A DNA stretch of 64,000 bases from Mobula hypostoma. Its lineage: Eukaryota. The notes below the pieces were generated by a model, which saw only the letters and a program-made list of their open reading frames with translations, made no database searches and was not told the origin of the DNA. The DNA is taken from assembly GCF_963921235.1 (NCBI RefSeq), contig NC_086097.1:61816001-61880000 (forward strand), written 5' to 3'. This document shows positions 37,110-50,271 of the stretch, one piece after another. The translations under genes were made by a program, and so were the position numbers. Each line of letters begins with the position of its first letter. Within the stretch, counting starts at the first letter, position 1.

Positions 37110-37780
37110 TGTAGCCCCTCTGGCCACCCTCAGGGTCGCTCGGCTCGCTGTCGTCTAGGGAAACAGCCCTCGACCCCGCCATACTGGGTAATTAGTTTGT
37201 GTGGATGCTGTGTAATGTACCCCACCCTGCCCAAATAACAGACAATACACTGGATACGATTAAATGATTTACAGTTTATAGATATTACTGGAACTATATA
37301 ATTAATAGAGAATAAAATATGAAGGGAAAATAAAAGGTGCCACACTTATCAAAGTTCAGTCTCTTCGTACACAAAACAGTTGGAGCTCAAGACCCTTCTT
37401 CTTCACCCTGCGACCCTTCGGACCGCCTCAACTGGCCGCCTGGGACCAACAACAGTGGTCGAGCAGACGCTCCACACGAGTCTGTCTCCGTCTCCTCTCC
37501 TCGCCGAATGCCCTCCTCAGGGTCTGACCCCGTTAGCGGACTCACAGCACCTGGTCCATCCTCTGTCTTTCTCCCCCACCTTCTGCCTCAAAATCCTACG
37601 CATACCAATCTTCCAGATACACTAAAGTCATAACAACTATCCCAATTGGTTCGTAACAATCTCTTATTACCCCCTAACCCACAACAAGCTGCTAATGCAA
37701 AACTTTCTTAGCATTTAACATAACAAAGAAGCCATTTTAATTAGCCTACACAGCAACATAAAAGATGAAACCCCCTTACA
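37110..37780 (-). mobile_element. 5' LTR of the PNMA-gag Gypsy
   Basis: TG..CA termini, homologous to solo LTR 20597-21311, followed by the PBS. Confidence 0.9.
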
Positions 37781-37908
37781 TTATAAAGTAATTTTGAAGA
37801 ACTGTAAAGTCTTTCTCCTACAGAGTGCTTATACGTGGCCTATCACCTTGGGCTGGAGGTTGATCCTTGGCAGGATTATCATTGTTCTCCAGCACAATAC
37901 GGTAAAAT

Positions 37909-39399
37909 TCTGGATTAGTTCCTGAGGATTGGAGGGTGGCTAATGTAACCCCGCTTTTTTACAAAAGGAGCGAGAGAGAAACCGGGGAATTATAGACCAG
38001 TTAGCCTGACATTGGTGGTGGGAAAAATGCTAGAGTCAATTATCAAAGACGTGATAACAGCACATTTGGAAAGCGGTGAAATCATCGGACAAAGTCAGCA
38101 TGGATTTGTGAAAGGAAAATCATATCTGACGAATCTTACAGAATTTTTGAGGATGTAACTAGTAGAGTGGATAGGGGAGAACCAGTGGATGTGGTATATT
38201 TGGATTTTCAAAAGGCTTTTGACAAGGTCCCACACAGAGATTAGTGTGCAAACTTAAAGCATACGGTATTGGGGGTATGGTATTGATGTGGATAGAGAAT
38301 TGGTTGGCAGACAGGAAGCAAAAAGTGGGAATAAACGGGACCTTTTAAGAATGGCAGGCAGTGACTAGTGGGGTACCGCAAGGCTCAGTGCTGGGACCCC
38401 AGTTGTTTACAATATATACTTATGACTTAGACGAGGGAATTAAATACAGCATCTCCAAGTTTGCGGATGACACGAAGCTGGGCGGCAGTGTTAGCTGTGA
38501 GGAGGATGCTAAGAGGATGCAGGGTGACTTGGATAGGTTAGGTGAGTGGGCAAATTCATGGCAGATGCAATTTAATGTGGATAAATGTGAAGTTATCCAC
38601 TTTGGTGGCAAAAATAGGAAAACAGATTATTATCTGAATGGTGGCCGATTAGGAAAAGGGGAGGTGCAACGAGACCTGGGTGTCATTATACACCAGTCAT
38701 TGAAAGTGGGCATGCAGGTACAGCAGGCGGTGAAAAAGGCGAACGGTATGCTGGCATTTATAGCGAGAGGATTCGAGTACAGGAGCAGGGAGGTACTACT
38801 GCAGTTGTACAAGGCCTTGGTGAGACCACACCTGGAGTATTGTGTGCAGTTCTGGTCCCCTAATCTGAGGAGGAAACACATCCTTGCCATAGATGGAGTA
38901 CAAAGAAGGTTCACCAGATTGATTTCTGGAATGGCAGGACTTTCATATGATGAAAGACTGGATCGACTAGGCTTATACTTGTTGGAATTCAGAAGATTGA
39001 GGGGGATCTTATTGAAACGTATAAAATTCTAAAGGGAATGGACAGGCTAGATGCAGAAAGATTGTTCCCGACATTGGGGAAGTCCAGAACGAGGGGTCAC
39101 AGTTTGAGGATAAAGGGGAAGCCTTTTAGGACCGAAATGAGGAAAAACTTCTTCACACAGAGAGTGGTGAATCTGTGGAATTCTCTGCCACAGGAAACAG
39201 TTGAGGCCAGTTCACTGGCTATATTTAAGAGGAAGTTAGATATGGCCCTTGTGGCTAAAGGGATCAGTGGGTATGGAGAGAAGACAGGTACAGGTTTCTG
39301 AGTTGGATGATCAGCCATGATCATACTGAATGACGGTGCAGGCTCGAGGGGCCAAAAGGCCTACTCTTGCACCTATTTTCTATGTTTCTATGTTTCTAT
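37909..39399 (+). mobile_element. Young 5'-truncated CR1 (same subfamily as 25011-26927)
   Basis: RT motifs, (atgtttct)n tail, TSD GTAAAAT at 37902-37908 and 39400-39406. Confidence 0.95.
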
Positions 39400-39740
39400 G
39401 TAAAATCCAGTAGTACCACATTTTATTTCTGCCAGAGGACCTATTCTACATAAATTCTTGATCTTCATTGTCATGGTAAGATTTTTATTGGAGTTTTCTT
39501 TCTGGTTCCCTGCCTTTCAAACAACTCACTTGTCGCACATATTTCGAAACGGAGGTGACTGTTAATAGGTGATTTCTGCTATTCTTTCCCAAAGGACCAA
39601 TTTTATTTCACCCCCTCCCCAATACTACACGACCATTACACTGGATCTCATCAAACAACTCTCCTCTAATTCCTGCCTACTTTAGGCTGGGCACACTCTC
39701 ACAGTTGTTCAACAACCATCTTCCATTTTCATTGAAACTT

Positions 39741-41692
39741 TAGAAATTACCTAGGGTTACCCATAGCCCTCTATTTTTCTGAGCTCCATGTGCCTATTTA
39801 GGAGTCTCTTAAAAGACCCTATCATATCCGCCTCCACCACCTTTGCCAGCAGTCCATTCCAGGCACTCACCACTCTCTGCATAAAAAACTTACCCCTGAC
39901 ATCTCCTCTGTACCTACTTTCAAGCACCTTAAAAATGGGCTCTCTCATGTAAACCATTTCAGCCCTGGGAAAAAGCCTCTGACTATCCACACTATCAATG
40001 CCTTTCATCATCTTATACATTTCTATCAGGTCACCTCTCATCCTCCGTCACTCAACCTATTCTCATAAAAAATGCTCCCCAATCTAGGCAACATCCCTGT
40101 AAGTCCCCTCTGCACACTTTCTATAGTTTCTACATCCTTCCTGTAGTGAGGTGATGAGAACTGAGCACAGTACTCCAAGTGGGGTCTGACCAGGGTCCTA
40201 TAAAGCTGCAACATTACCTCTCAGCTCTTAAACGCAGTCCCATGGTTGATGAAGGCCAATGCACCTTATGCCTTTTTAACTACAGAGTTAAGCTCTGCAG
40301 CAGCTTTGAGTGGACTCGGACTCCTTCTGACCCTTCACACTGCCAAGAGTCTTACCATTAATACAATATTCTGCCATCATATTTGACCTTCCAAAATGAA
40401 CCACCTCACACTTATCTGGGTTGAACTCCATCTGCCACTTCTCAGCCCAGTTTTGCATCCTATCGATGTCCCGCTGTAACCTCTGACAGCCCTCCACACT
40501 ATCCACAACACCTCCAACCTTTGTGTCATCAGCAAATTTACTAACCCATCCCTCCTCTTCCTCGTCCAGGCCATTTATAAAAATCACGGTCCCAGAACAG
40601 ATCCCTGAGAGACACCACTGGTCACCAACCTCCATGCAGAATATGACCCATCTACATCCCCTCTTTGCCTTCTGTGAGCAAGCCAATTCTGGATCCACAA
40701 AGCAAGATCTGCTTGGATCCCATGCCTCCTTACTTTCTCAATCAGCTTTGCATGGGGTACCTTATCAAATGCCTTGCTGAAATCCACATACACTACATTT
40801 ACTGCTCTACCTTCATCAATGTGTTTAGTCACATCCTGAAAAAATTCAAACAGGCTTGTAAGGCACGACTTGCCTTTGACAAAGCCATGCTGACTATTCC
40901 TAATCATATTATGACTCTCCAAATGTTCATAAATCCTGCCTCTCAGGATCTTTTCCATCAACTTACCAACCACTGAAGTAAGACTCACTGGTCTATAATT
41001 TCCTCAGCTATACCTCCTCCCTTGAACAACATCTGCAACCCTCCAATCCTCTGGAATCTCTTCTGTCCTCATTGATGATGCAAAGATCATTTCTAGAGGT
41101 TCAACAATCTCCTCCCTCGCCTCGCACAGTAGCCTGGGGTACATCTCATCCAGTCACAGAGACTTATCCAACTTGATGCCTTCCACAAGCTTCAACAAAT
41201 CCTCTTTCTTAATGTCTATATGCTCAAGCTTTTCAATCTGCTGTAAGTCATCCCTACAATTGCCAAGATCCTTTTCTGTGGTGAATACTGAAGGAAAGTA
41301 TTCATTAAATATCTCTGCTATCTCCCCTGGTTCAATATACACTCCTCCACTGTCATACTTGTTTGGTCCTATTCTCTCATATCTTATCCTCATGCTCTTC
41401 ACATACTTGTAGAATGCCTTGAGGTTTTCCTTAATGCTGTCTGTCAAGGCCTTCTCATGGTCCTTTCTGGCTCTCCTAATTTCATTCTTAAGTCCTTCCT
41501 GCTAGCTTTATAATCTTATGGGTCTCTATCTTTACCTAATTTTTCCAACCTTTCTTAAGTTTTCTTTTCTTCTTGACTAGATTTTCAACTGCCTTTGTAC
41601 ACCATGGTTCCTGTACCCTACCATCCTTTCCCTGTCGCATTAGAATGTGCCTATGCAGAATGCCACTCAAATATCTCCTGAACATTTGCCAA
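39741..41692 (-). mobile_element. Decayed CR1 ORF2 (subfamily of 1585-5242)
   Basis: Minus ORFs with DFSKAFDKV and FADDTKVGG; similar to 3150-5160. Confidence 0.92.
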
Positions 41693-44264
41693 TGAACACG
41701 TCCCTGCTGTCCATTCATATCCTAGCTGCTGCTCAAGCCCATCACTTCATTTTTCTCTTTTATCTATACTTTCTCAATTTGCTTTCATTCCTCCTGACAA
41801 CCTACGGCCAGTAGTCAATCTATTTTCCATTTTTCTCCTTAGGTCCACATTCCTCCCAAATCGATTACAACCCATCGAATCCAATTGACATTTATACTCC
41901 TACTATTCTTTATGAACTCAATTACTCTTGGATAAATCTAACAGCATCCCTTTGTATGGTATTTACCAATGGATTCAGTGAGCAACACACTGTTGTTGCT
42001 TTCAAAACAGCGATTATTTATTGTTTCATCCTGTGCTTCCATTAAATACTGCTCACATGGGAATTCATTGAATTTGCTTAAGGAAAGGGCCTATATCTGT
42101 CTTTCCCTCTATCATCTGCCGGTGTAGGCAGTCGTATAAAAGATACGACTCGTCTCACTATATCACAGTCTGTGTTATTGCTGTTTCTGTGCAGCCCTCT
42201 CCTCCCTTGGTAATCTCACTTTGTGACACTCTCACAATTACGGGCTTTGTTTTCTATCATTCATCCAAAAACCACAAAGAATTCTTGATGGAACATCTTC
42301 TTTGCATTCTTCTCCAGTTATACCTCAAGTAACTTCCTACTCGCAGCAGTTTCAACCTTCAGTTCAGGTTATTATATTCTTAGCTGCCTTTCTATTGTCC
42401 CTTCATTTAAATTACTCACTACGTACTTGCCATCCTCTTTAACTTTTCCACGAAATGTTGCCTTGCTGCAGCCATTGTGTCAGTCGCAGAGAAGGCCACC
42501 ACTAATCAGTTATGTGCATTTGACATCCACCACAGCCCTCTTCACCCGTATCGTTCCATCACCACCTGTGTCTGTTCCTGAAAAAAAAGCTTCTCCCAAA
42601 TCCTCAATACTTCACAAAACCCAGCTGTCATATTTTCCGCTCTTCATTCATATATCACGGAAAGTATTCTGCCTGGAGGTTGATGACTAATGGTATTCCA
42701 TAGGGATCTGTTCTGGGGACCCTGCAATTTGTGACTTTTAAAAATGATTCGGATGAGGAACTGGAAGGGTGTGTTAGTACGTTTGCAAATGGCATGTAGA
42801 AGGTTGTCACAAGGGAACAGAGAGGGCAGTGGTCTGCGCTATCTACAATATGTTCTGCAGGTAACTATCCAGATACCTTTCATGGTATCTCACAAACCAG
42901 TAATCATATTTTGATAATGGAAATATTTTTAATGTGTTTTATGCAAGACAGAGATTCAGCATTTATGAGCCTATACAAGGCTGGTACTACAGAGAGGGAA
43001 GGAAAAATGTAAGAGTGTATCCACATCTGCCATCTTATCTGGAAACATTTAAACTTTAGATCAATACAGGTGTCCTGTAAAATGATCAACATTCATATCT
43101 CTGCCTCATCTTGTACCCCTGTGACCTGACGTGTGCAACCTCACTGTGTGTGAAAGTGGATGTACTTCATTGACAGTGAAGTGCTTTGGAATAGCCTGAA
43201 AAACCGGCAAAGTGCTTTGGAAAGGTCTTGTATAAATGCAACTTATTTCTTTATAATAAACTGTGGCAGCAAGGAAGAAAGGCTTCAAAAATTATGAATT
43301 GCAAATGATGGGGAACCAAACCTTGACTGAATAACTGAATAAGTTATAGAAGCATCTGAGCAACAAATATTGCTTGGAGTGTCTTTTCCATATCACAGTC
43401 ACCGAAGGGAGTGAGATTTGAACTGAAACTTGCAAGGTCTGTTTACAACACAGCTGATCTCAAACCTACAGAGAATAGTCCGGGAAAAGCATGCCCACAT
43501 AGTGCTAAATAATTCTCCACTGAGGAGCACATTTATTGAAAATATATATAGAGAGAAAACACTTTGATTGAACAAGCAATTTCAGCAAATACCATTAATC
43601 AGGAATAAAAGGTGAAGTGAAGGAAATGTCTTTTAAAATCACTCAAATAAGTGAGAAGAATATTTTCTCAAAAGGTAAGTACAAGAAATAAATAAGTGAG
43701 TGTTTATGCTTCTTAACAGATAATGCAAATCTATGAAAGACAAGCTAAAATAAATTTCTACAATACAAAAATAAATGACTGTGAAATGCTGATGGAGCAA
43801 AGTTCAACCAGTGTCAAAGGACATAGGTAAATGGTAGATGACCATTCCAATTCTTCATTCAAAATTTTAAGACAAGACTAAAGGATGGGCAATATTATGT
43901 GAAGAGCTGAACTGTTTTTTTTTCCAATTCTGTCCTATTGCATGTATGAGGCCTTGTCCTTCACTATAAATGATATCCATTATTTTATTCTCATTGTTGT
44001 GTCTGTACAACTACCTAAATAAAGGCATGCACATGGAGGAGAAATTAACTTGTATAGTCATTTTGCAGAGAAAGCTACAAATCAATGTGCATAGGTAAGC
44101 TATCAGTCAAGAATTAGTGCTAAGGGGAGTCATTGCACTAAAAGAAGTAGATCCATACATTACACTTCCTCCCCTTTTGATTAGTGTAACATAAAACTGT
44201 ATATTTAAGAAAGCATTAAATTTCCTTTTAACAGACCATGTTCAAGTAAACATGCTTTCACAGT

Positions 44265-44358
44265 AACACACACAAACTGCTGGAGGAACTTAGCAGGCCA
44301 GACAGCATATATCGAAAAAAGTACAGTCGACTCTATTTTTTTCCATAGATGCTGTCCA
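44265..44358. repeat. Fold-back remnant of a Penelope terminal repeat
   Basis: acacacaaactgctggaggaacttagcaggccagacagcat... followed by the inverted ..atagatgctgtc around gtcgac. Confidence 0.65.
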
Positions 44359-44459
44359 TAGCTTTAATAGACTTCTTGAAGGATTGGACAAAACCTTTCA
44401 GGTAACCTATTTATTGCTGTATGATGAAGAGCTGATTGTGAACTTGAGGAAGGGTAAGA

Positions 44460-45105
44460 CCAAGGGACACATACACCAATCCTCATAGGGAGATCAGAAG
44501 TGGAGCGAGAATTTCAAGTTCCTGGGTGTCAAGATCTTTGAGGATCTAACTTGGTCCCAACATATTGATACAGTTATAAAGAAGGTAAGACAGCGGCTAT
44601 ACTTCATTAGGAATCTGAAGAGATTTGGTATGTCAACAAGTACACTCAAAAACTTCTCTAGAAGTATTGTGGAGAGCATTCTAACAGGCTGCATCACTGT
44701 CTAGTACAGGTGGAGGGGGGAGCTACTGCACAGGACTGGAAGAAGCTGCAGAGGGTTATAAATTTAGTTGGCTCCATCTTGGGTATTAGCCTACAAAGTA
44801 CCCCGGACATCTTCAAGGAGCGGTGTCTCAGGAAAAGCAGCATCCATTATTAAAGACATCCAGCACCCAGGGCATGCCCTTTTCTCACTGTTACCATCAG
44901 GTAGGAGGTACAGGAGCCTGAAGGCACACACTCAGCAAATCAGGAACAGCTTTTTTCCCTCTGCTATCAGATTCTTAAATGGACATTGAATCCTCGGACA
45001 CTACCTCATTTTCTTAATATGTATTATTTCTGTTTTTTGCATGATTTTTAATCTATTCAATATACATATACTGCAATTTATTTATTTATTATTATTATTT
45101 TATTT
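44460..45105 (+). mobile_element. Rex1/Babar 3' fragment
   Basis: FKFLGV..KKVRQRLYF..; KAASIIKDIQHPGHALFSLLPSGRRYRSL. Confidence 0.85.
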
Positions 45106-45854
45106 TGGATTTTTCTGCTTCTGATTCGTAAATAGTTCCAACTCTACCGACATATATTGTGGTCTGTTGTTACTCACAATTTGTTTGGATAAGCCATTTC
45201 TGGAGAAGAGAGTCCTCAGAGTAGGAACAGTCTTTTCTGATGTGGTTGACTTCATTGGTATGATGTCAGACCACTTTGAATGAATATCCACAGCACTCGG
45301 ACACATGGAGTTCATGAATGGCCCAGCAAAGTCTATACGCACTCTTTGTCATGGTGAAGGGAGCTACTCCCACAGGTGCAAAGGTGCTCATTGGGGTGCA
45401 TTTTGAACAATCTGACATCCTGAACAGTTTTTCGTCATGTCTTCAATCTGTCTGTCTATTCGTGGCCAACACACATAGCTCAGGGTGAGATTCTTCATCT
45501 TGACTGTACTGAGGTGTCCTTCCTGCAGACTCTCTAACACTCTGGTGTACAGTTTAGAGGGAACCACAACACGAGATCCACACATCAGCGTTCTTTAACA
45601 TACAGACAATTGGTCTCATCTCACTGAGAACTCTGGAGACATTGGATTACCATGAGCTGGGCATCCTTGCATGGTGATGTCTCTACTTTTGACAATGTTG
45701 GGTTATTCCTTGTTTTTCTTTGTATTTCATTATTTGTTACAGACAGCTAGTGCACCAGTGCTGTGTGGAACACTTCTGCTGGGTCACAGAATGAAGACTG
45801 TATTTCTTCAGATGTCAATACTGAAAGCTATGACAAGCCATCAGTTTTAGAAAT

Positions 45855-46124
45855 TAAAAGTCTGTCACGAGTCTTGTGGCCCATCAGGCCGGTGCTTATG
45901 CCAGTTTCAGTGGCGTGAAGCGACTGAGAGTAAAAGACTACCCCCGGATAGGATGTCGGTTTATCGTGAGGTTAACATTCTCCACACATTCTCAGCTGGG
46001 TAGACTGGAGCATTGCGTGATTAAGTGCCTTGCTCAAGGACACACATGCTGCCTCGGCCGAGGCTCGAACCCACGACCTTCAGATCGTTAGTCCAATGCC
46101 CTAACCACTTGGCTACGTGCCACA
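45855..46124 (-). mobile_element. tRNA-derived SINE with CORE-like body
   Basis: Pol III A box TAGCCAAGTGG and B box GGTTCGAGCC, then gtgtccttgagcaaggcacttaa; interrupts Gypsy pol. Confidence 0.85.
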
Positions 46125-47175
46125 CAGCTGTGCTGTTTGATACCTGTGAATTCATGACATAAGAGTGGGATCCTAGGAAAAGTGCCCACACTTGTAACGG
46201 AGTAGCAGATATCACTGGAATTCACTTGCTGAGACTGAAGATGGACACAAGGGGCTGATGAACTGTCACTAGAGTAAAATTTTGTCCCTGGAGATAGTGG
46301 TGGAACTTCTTTACTCCCCATACTCAACTAAGGGCCTCTCAGTCGATCTATGTGTAGTTGTGTTCTGTGCTAGTCAGTGATCTTGAAGCAAACACAATCG
46401 GGTGTTCAGATCCATCTTTTGTAGTGTGTGCCAAAATGTCTCCAATGCCATAAGAGGATCCATCTTGCGCCACTCTAATGGGTTTAGATGGTCATATTGG
46501 GTGAGCAGTTCATCTGACATTATTAGTCTCTTTGTTTCCTTGATTGCTCTTTCACATCTTTCTGACCACTCCCAATTTGCTCCTGTCTGCAACAGTGCAT
46601 TCAATGGGGGCAGCACTGTAGTACTGTTTGGGAGAAACCAACAATAAAAGCTTACAAGGCCCAAGTATGACCTGAGTTGTGTCACATTTTCTGTTTTGGG
46701 TGCCTGCAGCACTGCTTCAGTTTTCTCCTGTGGCTTATGTAAGACATGCTTGCCAATGACACATCCACAATATGAAATCTCATTCTTGAAAAACTCACAT
46801 TTCTTTCTCTTTGCATGCAAACCATACTCACTCAGCCTGGCAAGCACTTTACCAAGATTCGGGAGGTACTCCTCATCATTATTGCCAGTCACTATGGTGT
46901 CATCAAGGTGACATTGTGTTCCTGGGGCATCGGAGCACTTGGTCCATTGGTCTTTATCAAATTTCTGGTGCAGAGGCAATGCCAAAGACACAAAAATGTC
47001 TTCTATTTTCAGCAGATGATACTGCACAGTACACAGCACAGGATTGATGCTCACTTTGAAGTCCCCCACATTTCCAAACAGCTCCAGCCTTCCCTTTTTT
47101 TGACCATCAGGACAATGGGCATGGCCCAATTGTTCCACTCATCCTTGGAGAGAATGCCAGATGCCTCCATGTTCT

Positions 47176-49178
47176 TCTTCTTCTTTTTCGTTTTATGGCA
47201 GATGGCAACCAGTTTTCAGTGCGTTACTGCCACCTGCTAGACTTGTAGTGTTCCAACCAAATATATCCTGGAGTTCTCTACTTTAGACAATCTAGTTCAG
47301 CCTGCAGTTCTCTATTAGCATCACTCTGTAGTTGCAAATCCTCGTGAATGCTTAATACACTCATTAGATAATGCCGCAAACTGCTATTCTTTCCTAATTA
47401 TGTCACATGTTTTTGCATAGTTGCATTACCTCAATTACATTGATTTCATCTACATCACTTGCAAGACTAAAATCGTCTTGTTAAAGAATAGTAATTATCG
47501 CGCGTTATACTTTTAAAATTGCCGTTTTTCCAAGTCTATCTGCTTTTTCATGCTTTCCTTTTCTTGGATCATAGCCTGCAGTTGTTTACTGAGACCTCAG
47601 AGTTCTTCTTCATTTGCTTCCATGTTTTCATTTTATAATCTGAATGTAGATAATTTACTTTGCAACAAATTCCTTTTCCTTTTGTAACCTTGTAATAATT
47701 TCCTCCATTTTCCAATCTCTTTCCAATTCACCGTTGTTCTTGTCAGGTACTTCTTTGTTGTTGGAGTTCTGCACATTTACCCTGAGCTTCAACCATAAAA
47801 TCTGAGGATTTTCCTTAAGTTCTGAAACACTTCTTAAATTCTTGACCATTTGCGATAAATATACTGCCATTAAGATTCCACCTCCCCTGCCTGTGAACTG
47901 TTGGATCCTCCATTCAACGTTTCTTTTATTTCTTCCCACCTAATTCCTTTAATACCAAGATACTTTTCTGCAGACTTGATGATAATTTTGATTTTCTCAG
48001 TTCTTTTGCTTGCTGCGCTGAACAATTAATTGCATCCATCATAAAAAGCATGAACTCCTTTCTACTCATTAATAGTGTATCCTTATTTTTCATATTACAA
48101 CTCTCACAATTCACCAGTTTATTATTCTCTGTATTTGTTTGCTTGACAGCCTTTTTTTCATCAAATTCTTTCACTGCCTCTGCATAACTGGTTCCTTGAG
48201 TTACTTTTACATATTGTATCTCAGCCGTCTTCTTGCTAGAAATGCACCCTCGATAAGCTGCGCTGTGTTCCTTGCCATAATTGCAGCATTTCAGCCTAGC
48301 TCCCGCTTCACATTTCCCATATTCATGTTCTCCAGCGCATCTACCACATCTTTGTTTTCCTCTGCAGACTGCCGCAATGTGCCTGAATTTCTGACATTTA
48401 TAGCATCTTAAAGGCGGTGGTATATATATTCTAATTGCATAACACATATTCCCTCAGTAAAGGTTAGTCAGCAATCTCTCCTCACCAAAGTTAATCATTA
48501 CCAATAAACTATTATACTTCTTCCCGTTTCTTGTAACTTTCAAATGTTTGGCCTCAATAAGTTTTGCTCCTTTTATGTTCTGTTTAATCTCATCCATAGT
48601 AAATTTTGTTGGTATCCCCGAAATAACTCCTCTAGTCCACTTTCTATTGTTGGGTATTGAGCATTGTACTTCTTTGCTGTTTATTTTACATAATCTTATC
48701 ACTTTACCTTGCTGAGAACTATCCCGACAAATCACTAATAGCGATCCATTTCGTAAAATCTTTGCTCCTTTAATTTCGCCTATAATTTTGTTGAGCATCT
48801 TTGTCAAATGAATGGGGTTCCAATCACCAAATGACGCTCCGTCTGCACTTAGTTTTATAATTGCTTCAATTTCATCTTCTTTCCATTGCTTTGCTGACCT
48901 GCTTTGATCATCCGCTGACTCCTCAGAGGTTGATATCCCATAGCTCTGCTTTCTTTTCTTCCTCTTTCCATTCTGTTCCTCTTTCCCGCCGACCTCCATC
49001 TCTAGTTCACTTCCACTCTCACCAAAAACTTCCTTCAACGGCTTGGCTCTTTCCTTGATGTTCTCTCTCTCCTCCATTTTCCAGTCATAACTCGACTCTC
49101 TCTTTCCACAACCACTCCAACCACAGCAACTCCTCCACAACTCGTCTCACCACTCTCCTTTCTCACAACTCAGCACTC
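47176..49178 (-). mobile_element. Non-autonomous Nimb/I-group LINE (ORF1 with CCHC knuckles; ORF2 almost absent)
   Basis: ORF1 RGVISG..YIPPPLRCYKCQKFRHIAAVC..CGRCAGEH..; TAATG stop/start overlap at 47868-47872; APE start NGQEFKK; 3' end ggtggcagtaacgcac..(gaa)n; 13-bp TSD GCCTCCATGTTCT at 47163-47175 and 49179-49191. Confidence 0.85.
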
Positions 49179-50271
49179 GCCTCCATGTTCTGAAGTTCAG
49201 AATCCACTTTAGGACATAGCGAATAAGGCTCTTGACACCTTTCATGGAATCTTGGAGTTACTGCCTCATCTGGTTCAATTCTGGTCTTCATGACTTTGAG
49301 TTTACCAATCCCCTTCTTAAACACCTTCTCATTAGCATTAATCAGCTATGATAATCTCTGGCTAGTGCTACCATTTGGGCTGCAGTTGCCTGTTAATGAC
49401 GCATTGGGAGCTTTGATTGAGTGTCAGTCTAGTTTTTCTCAACCATTCACATCCAGAAAGTGCTGCCCCTCCACTTTTCATCACATAAAGCTCTAACTGC
49501 TGTTCTTTGCCTCTGTACATTACATTCACTTTCAGTTTGCCTTTGGGAGAAACTTCTTCTCCTGTGTAGTTCTTTAGCACCACCGAGGTCTTTTCTAATG
49601 GTAGCTTGGAAAACATTCTGTCGTAGTCAGCCTCTGAAATTATAGACAAAGCGGACCCTGTAACCAGCTCCATTTTCAGTTTTATACCAGACACATCTAT
49701 TGTGATCCAGATGATTTTGCAATCTGCTTCAGTAATGCTATGCATTTCTAGGGATGACAGCTCATCTTTGTCAGATTCTGTTTTGTCTGATTCAGTTTCA
49801 CTTTCAGTCACTTTATGCACATGTTTACTTTTGTGTTTGAAACTTTCCACTGGGTGTGTTTTTTCTCTTTGGTTGTCTGACTTGCAGACTCTCTCTATGT
49901 GACCTTATCTGTGACACTTTCTGTAAACTTTTATTTTGGACCAACAGTCATTTGCATTATGGGAGGATTTTCCACATCAACAACATTTTTGGCTTTTTTG
50001 GACCATTCGGGGACAGTTTTTGTGTTTCACATTCTAAACTCTCTTTCTGTAATTCTGATGCATCCTTTGCTGCTATCTCTATTGATATTGCAATGGTAAA
50101 TGCCCATTCTAAGGTTAGGTCTCATTCTGACAGTAGCCTCTTTTGAGTGTTTGACCATGCATGCCACTTACAAGCCTGTCCCTTAATGCATCAGAAAGCC
50201 CATCTCCAAAGTCACAGTTTTGGGAAAGTTTGTGCAGTTCTGCAATTTATTTTTAAATGCTTTCATCCTTT

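Noticed and set aside
43600..43680. AAG|GTAAGT donor with a short open frame (IKGEVKEMSFKITQISEKNIFSK)
   Set aside because: No convincing acceptor or polypyrimidine tract upstream
46050..46124. tRNA-like sequence
   Set aside because: It is a SINE head continuing into a SINE body, with no proper acceptor stem or terminator
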